Positions 37,276 to 49,075 of a stretch of 64,000 nt of DNA are shown here, one piece after another (position 1 is the stretch's first letter; each line of letters starts with the position of its first letter). Under the pieces are notes generated by a model. That model worked only from the letters and a program-made list of their open reading frames with translations, did not search any database and had not been told where the DNA came from. The stretch comes from Octopus sinensis. Taxonomy: Eukaryota. The stretch is taken from NCBI RefSeq assembly GCF_006345805.1, contig NW_021835982.1:4636-68635 (forward strand), in the 5' to 3' direction. Position numbers and translations under genes: made by a program.

Positions 37276-38538
37276 CATTATTATTATTATTATCAAGATC
37301 ACTGCCTGGAATCGAACTCCGAATCTTCGGGTTTGTAGCTCGCGCTCTTAATCACTATACCACATGACCCTGGTTATATGGCGTAGGCCTATTTATTTTA
37401 GGTTAAATGTGTACGGGTTCAAATTCTAAGAAAACCAATTTATCAATCGTTTAATGTATAATATATGTCGTGTAAATATGTTTATAGTCAAAAATTTTAG
37501 TCTATAATTATCTCCTTATTTTGTTTATAATTATAATTTATAATTATCTCCTTATTTTGATATCGCTACTATCAATAATAATAGACTCCAATGTAAATCT
37601 TTATTGGAGTTTTCATAATATTTTTGTATGTATGTATATATATATATTATATATATATATATATACGCGCATAAAGTTACATAATGGACATGTATACAGA
37701 CACAGATGTGTATGTATGTATGTGTGTGTGTGAGTGCGTGTGTGTGTGAGTACGTGTGTGTGTGAGTGCGTGTGTGTGTTCTAGGTGAATGACCCGGCAT
37801 TACCGGGGTTACTGCTGTTCTTATCACGATTAGTAAACAAAAAATATAAAAATATATTCACAGAGGTATTTATTGAAAAATATCCAAATTGTAATCATAA
37901 TAGAATTTCGAATTGAAAACCTGTCAACACTCAAGCACCTCAGGGTAAACAATATTCATTGTATAATTTTTTTTTTTTTGGTGTCGAAATGAATAAATTG
38001 TCGCAGCTTCCAACTGGTGAGCAAGCAGATTAGAGTTGGCCGTGGAAGAAGCATGTAGTAGAGAGATCGAGTTCTGAGGGATTGACCCTGAGATTTGTTA
38101 ATTGAAATACTAAAACTTAGTTTGACTGGAAATTGAAGTGTCTTACATTCAAATCGAGCATCTGTAGCTACGAGAGGATTTTTGGGAATAAAGACATTTT
38201 CTCCTTTCTGACTACCTGTTATGATTTTTGCCTGTATGACATGGGGCTTCATGGAAGTAACGAATAAGCGAGTTCCATTACACAGGTGAGATGGGTCAAG
38301 ATTCCTAAGCAACATAATAGGAGCACACAGTTTTAGTGTCAAGTTAAGCGGTGGCATCCCAGTGGTTCAGTGTGTTCAGAAATTCAACAACCTGATTTTG
38401 ATCGGCTGTTGTCGATTGACCGAAAACACATCTCTGATGTATTCGTTAACTTTTGAAGATTTTCATGATTGAGTTTATCAATCATTTCATTAGTTGGAGC
38501 TAGTATAGCCCATTCGCATAGCAAGTTTACATCAGTGT

Positions 38539-38927
38539 GTGGAGGCGCAATGGCCCAGTGGTTAGGGCAGCGGACTCGCGGTCATAGGATCGCGGTTTCG
38601 ATTCCCAGACCGGGCGTTGTGAGTGTTTATTGAGCGAAAACACCTAAAGCTCCACGAGGCTCCGGCAGGGGATGGTGGTGATCCCTGCTGTACTCTTTCA
38701 CCAGAACGTTCTCTCACTCTTACTTCCTGTTTCTGTTGTACCTGTATTTCAAAGGGCCGGCCTTGTCACTCTCTGTGTCACGCTGAATATCCCCGAGAAC
38801 TACGTTAAGGGTACACGTGTCTGTGGAGTGCTCAGCCACTTACACGTTAATTTCACGAGCAGGCTGTTCCGTTGATTCGGATCAACCGGAACCCCCGTCG
38901 TCGTAACCGACGGAGTGCTTCCATTCC
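38539..38927 (+). mobile_element. SINE family B, full young copy (tail type i) with 10-bp TSD
   Basis: ACATCAGTGT occurs at 38529-38538 and 38928-38937. Near-identical to 55792-56178 and 62524-62912. Confidence 0.92.
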
Positions 38928-39681
38928 ACATCAGTGTACTTGACAGATAAATTAGGAAATACTAAGAGAAAGCATGTAATTTCATGTAGCTGAAGTCTTG
39001 AGTTGAATGTGAATATCCCATTATCAATATTAAGAAGCTCATATGATCACCGTGTAGAAGTATTCTAATGCTGCTTGTAAAATGAAGGATTTTCACGTCT
39101 CCAAAGTTTTTGAAGCATGCATTGACTTCATCAGCTTTTGATCGTTTGGGGATGACTGACAACGTTTGACCAAAACCCCCTGCAAGGATTTTACTTCTCC
39201 CATGAGCGTGCTATTGATTCTTATGTCTTGGAGGGTACGGTCAAGTACCTCTGGAGTTCCTCGGTGTGACAGTGCACTCATGCCAAAAAATTAGACAAGT
39301 TTGTTGGAGAACTGTTCCCATTGCAGAGTTTCTAGAAATGTTGCACATTTGAGTTTCTTTCATTGCAACATTTAGAAGGAGCTTGAACATGGAATGAGTA
39401 GTTCTTCTTCCATTGAGGAGAGTAGCTGCAATGCCAGAAGATGCAACACTGGAAGAAGGTAAGATTTTATTTCCTCCTATTTAGGACTGAAGGAGAAGTT
39501 GACTAAAAGATCTGGTTTTCCATATGTCCTGACATATGTCATAGCATCTTGTGTTCGTTTGTGTATATATCGAGGTCCACCTGTGAATGATGATGGGAGG
39601 ATTATAAGTTGCCCCATGTTTTGGATATTACCATCTGTCCTCGGAGCATCTTGGAGATGAAAATAATTTTTAGCATCTTTC

Positions 39682-39890
39682 ACTCTTTTATTTGTTTCAG
39701 TCATTTGACTGCGGCCATGCTGGAGCACCGCCTTTTAGTCGAGCAAATCGACCCCAGGACTTATTCTTTTTAAGCCTAGTACTTATTCTATCGGTCTCTT
39801 TTGCCGAACCGCTACGTTAAGGGGATGGAAACTCACCAGCATTGATTGTCAAGCGATGTTGGGGGAACAAACACAGACACAAACATATAC
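39682..39890 (-). mobile_element. SINE family A, 3' half, inserted in the Helitron
   Basis: Tail consensus match. Confidence 0.82.
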
Positions 39891-40453
39891 GTTCCACAGA
39901 ATAAGAGGATAATGGAGACCATCATAAGAGGGGTGTGTCTCTGAAACACGTCTAAGATTGTTATCTCGAGCACGAATGAGACTATCACGATTTTCATGGA
40001 GATCACTTACCATAAAGATGGTTATTTCATTAGATGTGGGCTCATTAGAACGGCGTAAAATGTCCTTTACGATAATTGACTATAGACGTAACGAACGCGG
40101 AAACACACAAACACACACACACACATTCACAGACACATAGGCACTCATAAAACTAATAATATTGAAAACAGCAAAACGTATATATGCGAAATTCCCGCAA
40201 AACGAAATGTATACGATATTGGTGCAAAATATACTTTCTGTAGTATAGATATGCTTTTGAAATTTTTTTTTGAATATTTCCAGAAGAAATATTCCAGCGT
40301 CGAAAAGTCACCAATGTAAGAACTCTTTTACCCTTTTACTTGTTTGAGTCATTTGACTTCGGCCATGCTGGAGGGCCACCTTCTAGTTGAACAAATCAAC
40401 CCCAGGACTTATTTTTTGTAAGTATTTATTCTATCGGTTTCTTTCGATATATA

Positions 40454-40699
40454 ACGTGATCACGTGACCGACCAGGCTATCAGATGTTGCTACACATCGC
40501 TGGTCACAATGCGCTTCACATTGTTTTAGCCTTCAAATGGCGCCACCCCGCCAACGGAAGAAAGAGTGAGAGAAAGTTGCGGCAAATGAGTACAGCAGAA
40601 ATCGCCGCCACTCCCTGCCGGAGCCTTGTGGAGCTTTTGGTGCTTTCGCTCAATAAACACTCACAACGCCACGATCCAACCAATGGGCTATTGCGCCGC

Positions 40700-40702
<3 letters not shown>
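40454..40702 (-). mobile_element. SINE family B with tail type iii, head partly deleted
   Basis: ACGTGATCACGTGACCGACCAGGCTATCAGATG..GGAGCCTTGTGGAGCTTT..TTGCGCCGCCAC. Confidence 0.75.
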
Positions 40703-40733
<31 letters not shown>

Positions 40734-40750
40734 GTATATTCCTAATTATG

Positions 40751-40789
<39 letters not shown>

Positions 40790-40863
40790 GAACGCATATT
40801 CCCAATTATGTATGTGTGTGTGTATGTATATATATATATATATATATTATATACATACATTGT

Positions 40864-41073
40864 TGTGTCTAGGGAGAGTCATCATCATGCCAATAAAATT
40901 AACACACACACTGGTTCAATACCACGCGTTTATTAAATCGCTTATCTTTTTTCAAAGATCTTTCGTTGCTTTTTTGTGATTGTATACAAAAAAACTAAGG
41001 TATTTAATAAATGAGTGGAATTTAACCAGTGTATGTCTTAATTATCATGGCATAATCACTCTGCGTAGACACA
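40864..41073. repeat. Diverged inverted repeat (~80-bp arms), old MITE-like element
   Basis: 40864-40943 aligns to the reverse complement of 40997-41073. Flanked by (TA)n. Confidence 0.7.
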
Positions 41074-41153
41074 ATAAAGATCTGTTTCAACGCACGAATT
41101 CACATAGAGTGTCTTGCAAACCAGATACGAAACGAAGTATGTATATACATATA

Positions 41154-41223
<70 letters not shown>

Positions 41224-41549
41224 TGGCCTGCTCGCTTAGCCAGCGGGGTGGCGTCATTCGAAGGCTAAAACAATGCGAACGCATTGTGACCAGCGATGTG
41301 TACCAACATCTGATGGTCTGGTCGGTCACGTAAAAAAAAAAAATATATATATATACATATACATATATATATATATGTATATATATTTATATACATATAT
41401 ATTCTTTTGCTTGTTTCAGTCATTTGATTGCAGCTATGCTGGAGCACTGCCTTTAGACGGCTTGAGGGTATAGTAGAAGACATTTGCTCAGGATGCCACA
41501 GGACTGAATACGGAACCATTTGGTTGGTAAGCAAGCAACTTACCACTCT

Positions 41550-41760
41550 TATTTATAGTGAGAATTTACAAAAACAAAGAAACAAATGATGAATACAGGT
41601 GTGTAAACAACAAACAGATGTATTAGTTTAACGCTCGGGAAGTGAGAAAGTCTTTTATGTTTCGAGCCTACGCTCTTCGACAGAAAGGAACACATAAATA
41701 AACAGGGAGAGAAAATAGAAAAGGGTTTAGTGGCTAGAGAAGCGACAATAACAAAAAGCA
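41550..41760 (-). mobile_element. Hammerhead-like (A6U) module, second copy; motif at 41652-41687
   Basis: Minus strand reads CTTT CTGTCGA A GAGC GTAG GCTC GAAAC AT A AAAG. The downstream flank is homologous to 10307-10395. Confidence 0.65.
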
Positions 41761-42125
41761 GAAAGTACAAAAACATTTGAAAAAGCGGTGGTTGAGTGTA
41801 TTTAGTAGTGTCGAGGAGTTGTGTGTTAACATGTGGAATGCCTCTTTCAGGCATACCGTACAGGCTAAGTGTTGACCCTGGTATGGAAGCCAAGGGCCAT
41901 GACATCACGTGATCGTCAAGATTATCTGTTCTTGCTATACATCGCCGATCATAATGCGCTTTACATCGTTTTAGCTGATCGGTATGCTAGTCCAGCGTAA
42001 GGTTGACTATTTGAAGCTGAGTGAGCAAGAACAACGAGAAATGACGTGTTTTGCTTGATTTCACAACACGCAGTAGTTCTGGGAATTCAGAAGACGATCT
42101 TCCGAGCATGAATGCAACGTACCTT

Positions 42126-42538
42126 AGGCGCAGGAGTGGCTGTTTGGTAAGTAGCTTGTTTACCAACCACATGGTTCCGGGTTCAGTCCCACTGCATGGC
42201 ACCTTGGGCAAGTGTCTTCTACTATAGTCTCGGGCCGATCAAAGCCTTGTGAGTGGATTTGGTATACGGAAACTGAAAGAAGCCCGCCGTATATATGTAT
42301 ATATATATATGCGTGTGTGTGTTTGTGTGTCTGTATTTGTCCCCCTAGCATGGCTTGACAACTGATGCTGGTGTGTTTATGTCCCCGTTACTTAGCGGTT
42401 CGGCAAAAGAGACCGATAGAATAAGTACTGGGCTTACAAAGAATAAGTCCCGGGGTCGAGTTGCTCGATTAAAGGCGGTACTCCAGCATGGTCGCAGTCA
42501 AATGACTGAAACAAGTAAAAGAGTAAAAGAGTAAAGAG
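42126..42538 (+). mobile_element. SINE family A, full copy
   Basis: Head, microsatellite and tail. GTACCT flanks both ends. Confidence 0.9.
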
Positions 42539-42599
42539 TACCTAACCACTAAACCACGTTCCTTCGCACATATTCTTATGTATATATGATTGACCGCTA

Positions 42600-42780
42600 A
42601 ATCCACAAGTATTTTTTTTTCTCATTCTCTCTCTGCTTATTTCCTTGTGTTCCTGTCTGTTGAAGAGCGTACACTCGAAACCTAAAAGACTTTCTCACTC
42701 TCCTGAGCATCAAACAAATACACCTGCATGTTGTTTATAAACAAGCGTTTTGTTTTTCTGTAAATTTCAACTATATATAC
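42600..42780 (+). mobile_element. Hammerhead-like (A6U) module, third and more decayed copy; motif at 42653-42688
   Basis: CTGT CTGTTGA A GAGCGTACACTC GAAAC CT A AAAG, followed by the same flank as the other two copies. Confidence 0.55.
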
Positions 42781-42843
42781 ATACATATTTATGTGTGTAT
42801 GTGTGTGTGTGTGTGTGTGTTTATGTATGTTTGTATATGTATG

Positions 42844-43009
42844 GGGTGCAGGCATGGCTTTGTGATAAGAATCTTATTTCCACACATGTTCTGGGTTCAG
42901 TCCCACTGTGTGGAAACTTGGGCAAGTGTCTTCTACTATATCCTAGGGCCGACCAAACCCTTGTGAGTGGATTTGGTAGACAGATACTGAAAGAAGACCG
43001 TCGTATATG

Positions 43010-43064
<55 letters not shown>

Positions 43065-43730
43065 GGGGGCTGTATGTGTGTATTCATTTGTATGTGTGTG
43101 TCTGTATTTGTTCCTCCACCATGACTTCACAACCGATGTTAGTGCGTTTACTGTCCCCATAAAATAGCGCTTCGTCAAGAGAGACCGATAGAATAAGTAC
43201 TAGGCTTACAAACAATAAGTCCTGATATCGATTTGTTCGACTAAAGGCGGTGCTCCAGCATGACGACAGTCAAAAGACTGAAACAAATAAAAGAATAAAA
43301 TAATATATATATATAGGCGCAGGAGTGGCTGTGTGGTAAGTAGCTTGTTTACCAACCACATGGTTCCGGGTTCAGTCCCACTGCGTGGCATCTTGGGCAA
43401 GTGTCTTCTGCTATAGCCTCGGGCCGACCAATGCCTTGTGAGTGGATTTGGTAGACAGAAACTGAAAGAAGCCCGTCGTATATATGTATATATATATGTG
43501 TGTGTGCGTGTATGTTTGTGTGTCTGTGTTTGTCCCCCTACCATTGCTTGACAACCGATGCTGGTGTGTTTACGTCTCCGTTACTTAGCAGTTCGGCAAA
43601 AGAGACCGATAGAATAAGTACTGGGCTTACAAAAAAGAATAAGACCAGGGGTCTAGTTGCTCGACTAAAGGCGGTGCTCCAGCATGGCCGCAGTCAAATG
43701 ACTGAAACAAGTAAAAGAGTAGAAGAGAGA
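42844..43730 (+). mobile_element. Two consecutive SINE family A copies (42844-~43300 and 43315-43730)
   Basis: Two head-microsatellite-tail units in the same orientation. Confidence 0.88.
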
Positions 43731-43736
43731 GTATAT

Positions 43737-43781
<45 letters not shown>

Positions 43782-44403
43782 GAGAGAGAGGGGGAAGGAG
43801 GAATGCATACATGCATACATACTGACGTACATACTTATAGGCATATTATGTATGCGCATTGGAATTTTTGTCTATATATACACATGTCAACAAGTTTGTT
43901 CCGATCGAAACTATATCCAGTATTGTTTCCATCCAACAGACTTCTAGCGTTAATAGTTTTCGTGTTTTTGTTTGTGTTGAGTGTTTTCTGAATAAGTGTT
44001 TCTGTTTGTGTGTGGAACCTGTGTTGTGTGTATGGGTGTGGCTGCTCGTGTATGCATGTGTACGTATGTGTATGTATACATGCGCGTGTGTGTGTGTGTG
44101 TTCATGTGTGTGTTCTGACTATAGACTTTTAATATTGTACCAAGTTACAGTAACCTCTCCTGTGATATCAATATCTGTATAGACGTTCGGCTGGGCAACA
44201 AATATGCATCCATACATATATATATATACATATGTGCGTGCGTGTGTGTATACACACACATATATATACATATATACATAAATGCACACAATCACATATA
44301 TATAATGTAAAATAACATAATATATATATGTGTGTGTATGTATATATACACACACATATATATATATATATACAGAGACACATATATATACATACATGAA
44401 TGC

Positions 44404-44437
<34 letters not shown>

Positions 44438-45129
44438 CGCACATATATATACATATATATATATACTGATATATGTGTAGAGTTTTAGATATATATGTAT
44501 ATACATATATCTGTAGAGTGTTAATGTGAGACTAAATAACATAATAGGCAATACATTATGAAAATGGCGACAATAAGAACGACAACAGCAGACTCATTTT
44601 ATACCATCTAAAGTTTCATGTTTTAAAAATTATCGTACAAGTTTCAAAGCCGGCATAACTATATTTCAGCTGAACTGAAATAAGCGAACATAACACTACA
44701 ATTTTATAAGTATATGTTTAATACCACTGATGAAACACAAAACCATTAATCTTGAATACAGACACATACATGCATAGTCACTCTCTTACAAGAAGAGAAG
44801 ATCACACTTTTAAACATACAGTCTTACTTTAAATAGAAAGTGGATAACTACGGACAACTGCTTCTACACCCAGTATATAAGTTTACGTTACAGCAGTAAT
44901 AATTGGTGATCTTGCTTTCCCAAGTGAATGGCTAAGGGATACTCTGTATAAGCTCGGGTTTTTCAGAAAAAGAATCCAGCCAGCTAATTCGCACATTGCA
45001 AATAAAATCTGTAAGTGGAACAATCAAAATATGCAAGATTTTTCAGGATTTCAAAACGTGACGTTGATTATTTATATGCCAGTAAAAGAATTTTGTATTC
45101 TTCTAACAAAGTAGCTCTTTTACATAAAG

Positions 45130-45369
45130 AAGGAAAATTTTCCACGGATGAACCTAATCTAGTTTTGTTATTTAAAAAAACAAATTTTCTTTCTGTGATA
45201 CACGATCCCTTTTGATCGCTTTTTTTTTCCCCCGACCACTTTTCATCGAAATTTTACATTTGTTTCCTGTATTTTTTTTCTTTTTCCTTTTCTATCTTCG
45301 AAAAGAAAAGCTCTACATTTGTATTTTCCCCCTCTGTGTCCAGCCCTGTGTGGCCAATAGAGAAAGTTG
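45130..45369 (+). mobile_element. 3' UTR end of the Tx1-like LINE family, followed directly by (TCTA)n
   Basis: Homologous to the reverse complement of 48678-48960 (TTTCCACGG, TTCTGTGATA..CGATCCC, AAAGAAAAGCTCTAC, AGCCCTGTGTGGCCAATAGAGAAA). Confidence 0.75.
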
Positions 45370-45438
<69 letters not shown>

Positions 45439-45439
45439 C

Positions 45440-45500
<61 letters not shown>

Positions 45501-45516
45501 TATATATATATTATAT

Positions 45517-45593
<77 letters not shown>

Positions 45594-45620
45594 ATATTTA
45601 TTTATCTATCTATCTATCTA

Positions 45621-45654
<34 letters not shown>

Positions 45655-45667
45655 ACTATCTGTCTCC

Positions 45668-45715
<48 letters not shown>

Positions 45716-46544
45716 TTGTGTCTCTATGTGTCAGTCTGTCTTTCTATATACCTATCTGTCTATACATTCCTGCATAATACAAATGCACGTACATACAGAT
45801 ACGTAAATATAGTCCCTCTGATACTTTGATAGCAACAACGTGTCAGTGGTACTGTTAAAATATACAAAACATTCATGAAGCCCAGCTGTAAGAAAATCCA
45901 CATTTTCAACGTCCTCTATGCCTACGCCTGTGTGTATATACGCTCATACATATGTGTATGTCTACATGTGTTCATGCACACACACACACGCACTCGCGCA
46001 TACACACACACGCATATACATACGCGTATGCATGCCTACTTACATACATGCGTAGATGTATTCATATGTACAAAACGAATCTGTTTGATGTTATCTCAGT
46101 TCCAGCGGAAGAATCTTGTTTCTTGGTTAGAAATCGATTCCTCCACTGGAGAGGAATTTGCAAATTACTATTTAGCAAGCATTAATTGTGTGCATGGATA
46201 TTATATACGATAACTTTGATAAACATCTATATAATTATGTGAAAATATAATCTGCAGTGGGGTTTCTAACTCGGGATAACTTAATTTCATGACACAGCTG
46301 CTGAATTGTAGAAAAATATATATTCTTACTTAGAAAAGATGCAAACGAACTATTATTGGCGTGAAGAATTTATTCTAAGTATTAGAAATGCGATAGCTTA
46401 AGTTTAATTTTTTTAAATGGTAGAAGAAATTATAGCTGCATTAAAAGTACATGTGTATGACAACCTGCCAGAACATCCTGGTAAGCTAAACTAGAAGTTA
46501 ATTTCACAAGTTTCTTGACTCGGTAAACCACCGCCTATTACTTG

Positions 46545-46735
46545 TCAAGCTTCAAGCATATAGTTTCCATCCGGATATTGTACGATAGGTTGGTGCCTTC
46601 CTCTCAGATCGCTCCTTCCAAGTCCAAGTTAATGGTTCGCGGTCCGACGTCTCCAGTGCGAGCAGTGGCGTGCCTCAAGGTTCAGTGCTTGGGCCCTTAT
46701 TGTTCTTAGTCTTCATAAATGACTTGCCCGACGAC
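46545..46735 (+). mobile_element. Short CR1/Jockey-like RT fragment
   Basis: AGTGGCGTGCCTCAAGGTTCAGTGCTTGGGCCCTTATTGTTCTTAGTCTTCATAAATGACTTGCCCGAC translates to SGVPQGSVLGPLLFLVFINDLPD. Confidence 0.75.
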
Positions 46736-48455
46736 CAGGTCGATGTGCTTGTGGCTCGACACTATGACGGTGACGACGTCCCCGTATGCAGACACGCTCC
46801 TCCTGCATCACATCTCTCGTGAGATGCCCCTCAGTGTTGCCAGTTTCCGCAATAGTGGCTCAAGAGTCAATACATACAGAGGCGATGAGAGGGGGCATTC
46901 TTGGTGAACCGAATGCATGATGTTAAACGGTTTAGATAGATGACCATTTACGCGAACTGCCGAGCGGATGCCGCTGTATAAGGCAACGATCCAACCGCAG
47001 AAGATGGGATCGAAACCAGCCGCTTTAAGTACAGCCTCCAAGTAGTGATGGTCTACCCTATCGTAGCTTTTGATTGATCCAAATTGATCAGCACCCCACC
47101 CATGCCAGGATCCTTAACTACCCTGTCTATGATGTAGCGCATCAGATGGAGGTTGTCATGGATACTCCTACCCGACACGGCGAACGTTTGCGCCCTGTCA
47201 ACTAGTTTTTCGATGACAAGCGCCAACCTCTCGGCTAACACCTTGGCCAAAATTTTCAAATCTGCGTTGAACAGAGTGATGGGCCTGAAATTATCTATGA
47301 CGTCCCACTTGTTTGGATCTTTCTTTAGCAGTGCCACTACTCCTTGCTTTACAAAGGCGGGGATACTCCCGTTTTGCTGCCAGTTGCAGCAGACAGCTGC
47401 TAAGTCGCCTCCAAACAAGTCTGGTATATGACAATAAAGTTCGTAGTGCAGACCATCTAAGCCTGGTGACTTGTCTCTCGCGCAGCCTGGCACCGCATCC
47501 CGTATGTCTGCGGCTGTGATGGGTTTTTCACAACACTCCGCCTCTCTTGCTGAGAGTTGTGGCAGGGCATGCAGGTAGGCACTAAAGTCCACTCTGCGGT
47601 CTGACCCACCACTTGTCCCAAACAGTTGGGTAAAGTGTTGTTGAAAAGCCTCACACATCCTTTCAGGCTGGAGTAATTCGTCCCCATGTTCATCTGTAAG
47701 TGACCTGATGGTGGCTCTGTTGCCTCGTTGCGTCTCCACCACTCGGGCCCCCCCGGGCGGCTCCAAATCCTTCGTTCCTCAGAGCATGCATCCTAACTCT
47801 GACAACGCATCCTTCGTGTTTGGCGTTGAGGTGCTGGTCGAGGGCCAACCTCGCTGCCAGCACGTTGGAAGCGATGCCAGATCTAAGTGCCTCATCTAAA
47901 TTCTTAACTAAGTCTCCCTCTATTCTATTTCGGTCTAATGCTAGGGCCTTACTGTACATAACCGAGTCTGCTTTAATTGATTTCTTTAGAGTATACCACC
48001 ATCTTTTGTTGATGATGGCACACCGTCAAAGCTCTCTTAACTAATGTGCTAATCCGGTCCCTATAAGCGTGGCGTGACGTGAAAAATGCGTTCAGCTTCC
48101 AGTAACCAGGACCCTGCCTATGAGTCTTATCTAAGTCAAGTGTACAAGTCACAAGTTTGTGGTCTGTGTAGCTGACTATATGGAACTCTGTACAACCTAC
48201 ACTATCTTTATCTACTGCCCTACAGAGTACTCTATCTAAGTACGACCTGACGACCCGATGCGGTTGCTCCATTTCACCATTGGCACATTCGGGTGGTCCA
48301 GTCGGTACCTGTCAGATAGTTGGAAACGTCTGAGCAGGTCTTTGAGGCATCTGCACCTCCTCCTATTACTATCTCTGCCCACATAATCTAGATACGTGTC
48401 CAGGGTGGCGTTCCAATATCCCACTAAAAGTAAAGGTCGAGACGTTCCCAGGAGA
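46736..48455 (-). mobile_element. Second, truncated copy of the Tx1-like LINE ORF2 (endonuclease C-half to RT)
   Basis: Paralogous to ~50400-52100 (NFRPITLFNADLKILAKVLAERL, DQSKA, QECPLSSPLYV). Its 5' junction abuts the (GATA)n tract at 48456. Confidence 0.88.
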
Positions 48456-48490
48456 TAGATAGTTAGAGAGATAGATAGTTAGAGAGATAA

Positions 48491-48536
<46 letters not shown>

Positions 48537-48594
48537 GGATGGATGGATAGATAGATAAATAGATAGATAGACAGACAGATAGATAGATAGATAA

Positions 48595-48669
<75 letters not shown>

Positions 48670-48677
48670 GATAGATA
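48456..48677. repeat. (GATA)n microsatellite between two Tx1-like copies
   Basis: Direct reading of the sequence. Confidence 0.95.
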
Positions 48678-49075
48678 TGTTTCTTTATTAGCCACATAGG
48701 GCTGCACACAGATAGAACAAATTACAAGGTAGAGCTTTTCTTTTGAAGGTTTAAAAAAAAAAATAAATAAATAAATAAATAAAATAAAAATAAAAAAGGG
48801 GGGTCGATCAAAAGGGATCGTAAAAGGAGAGAAAGAGGACAAAAAAAAAGGGGGGGTTAAAAAAAAGGGGGAGAGGAAAAAAATTGATCAATAGGGATCG
48901 TTATCACAGAAATGTCAATATGAAGTGTAAAGGGGAGGACAGGTGAGGTTTACCCGTGGAAAGAAAAGCCTACGGAAAAGACCACGGTAACCTCGGTCAA
49001 TGAAGTCACATGTTATATTTCTTTTTTTTTTTTTTTTTTTGCAAATAAGCAACTCTCTGTATTAATTTTTACGGT

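Larger units (their letters stand above)
36185..37370 (-). mobile_element. Composite SINE-like element: tRNA-like head (37294-37370), (TAA)n, hammerhead-bearing tail (36185-36345); interrupted by an RLE LINE
   Basis: Head GGGTCATGTGGTATAGTGATT..GAGTTCGATTCC..GTGATCT has A/B boxes and a pairable acceptor stem. It is collinear, on the same strand, with a tail containing a hammerhead. Confidence 0.6.
37781..40080 (-). mobile_element. Helitron Rep/Helicase remnant, internally deleted, with SINE insertions
   Basis: N-terminal RRSNEPTSNEI..RVSETHPSYDGLHYPL (~39890-40070), Rep ILPSSFTGGPRY..QDAMTYVRTYGKPDL, and PIF1 motifs GIAATLL, LDRTLQDIR, MLLRNLDP..LCNGTRL, SINKSQGQSL. The 3' end is CCCCGGTAATGCCGGG hairpin, 8 nt, then CTAG at 37781-37784. 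Confidence 0.9.

Noticed and set aside
37294-37370. Functional tRNA gene
   Set aside because: The anticodon and T arms pair poorly and it runs into (TAA)n rather than a T-terminator, so it is treated as a SINE head.
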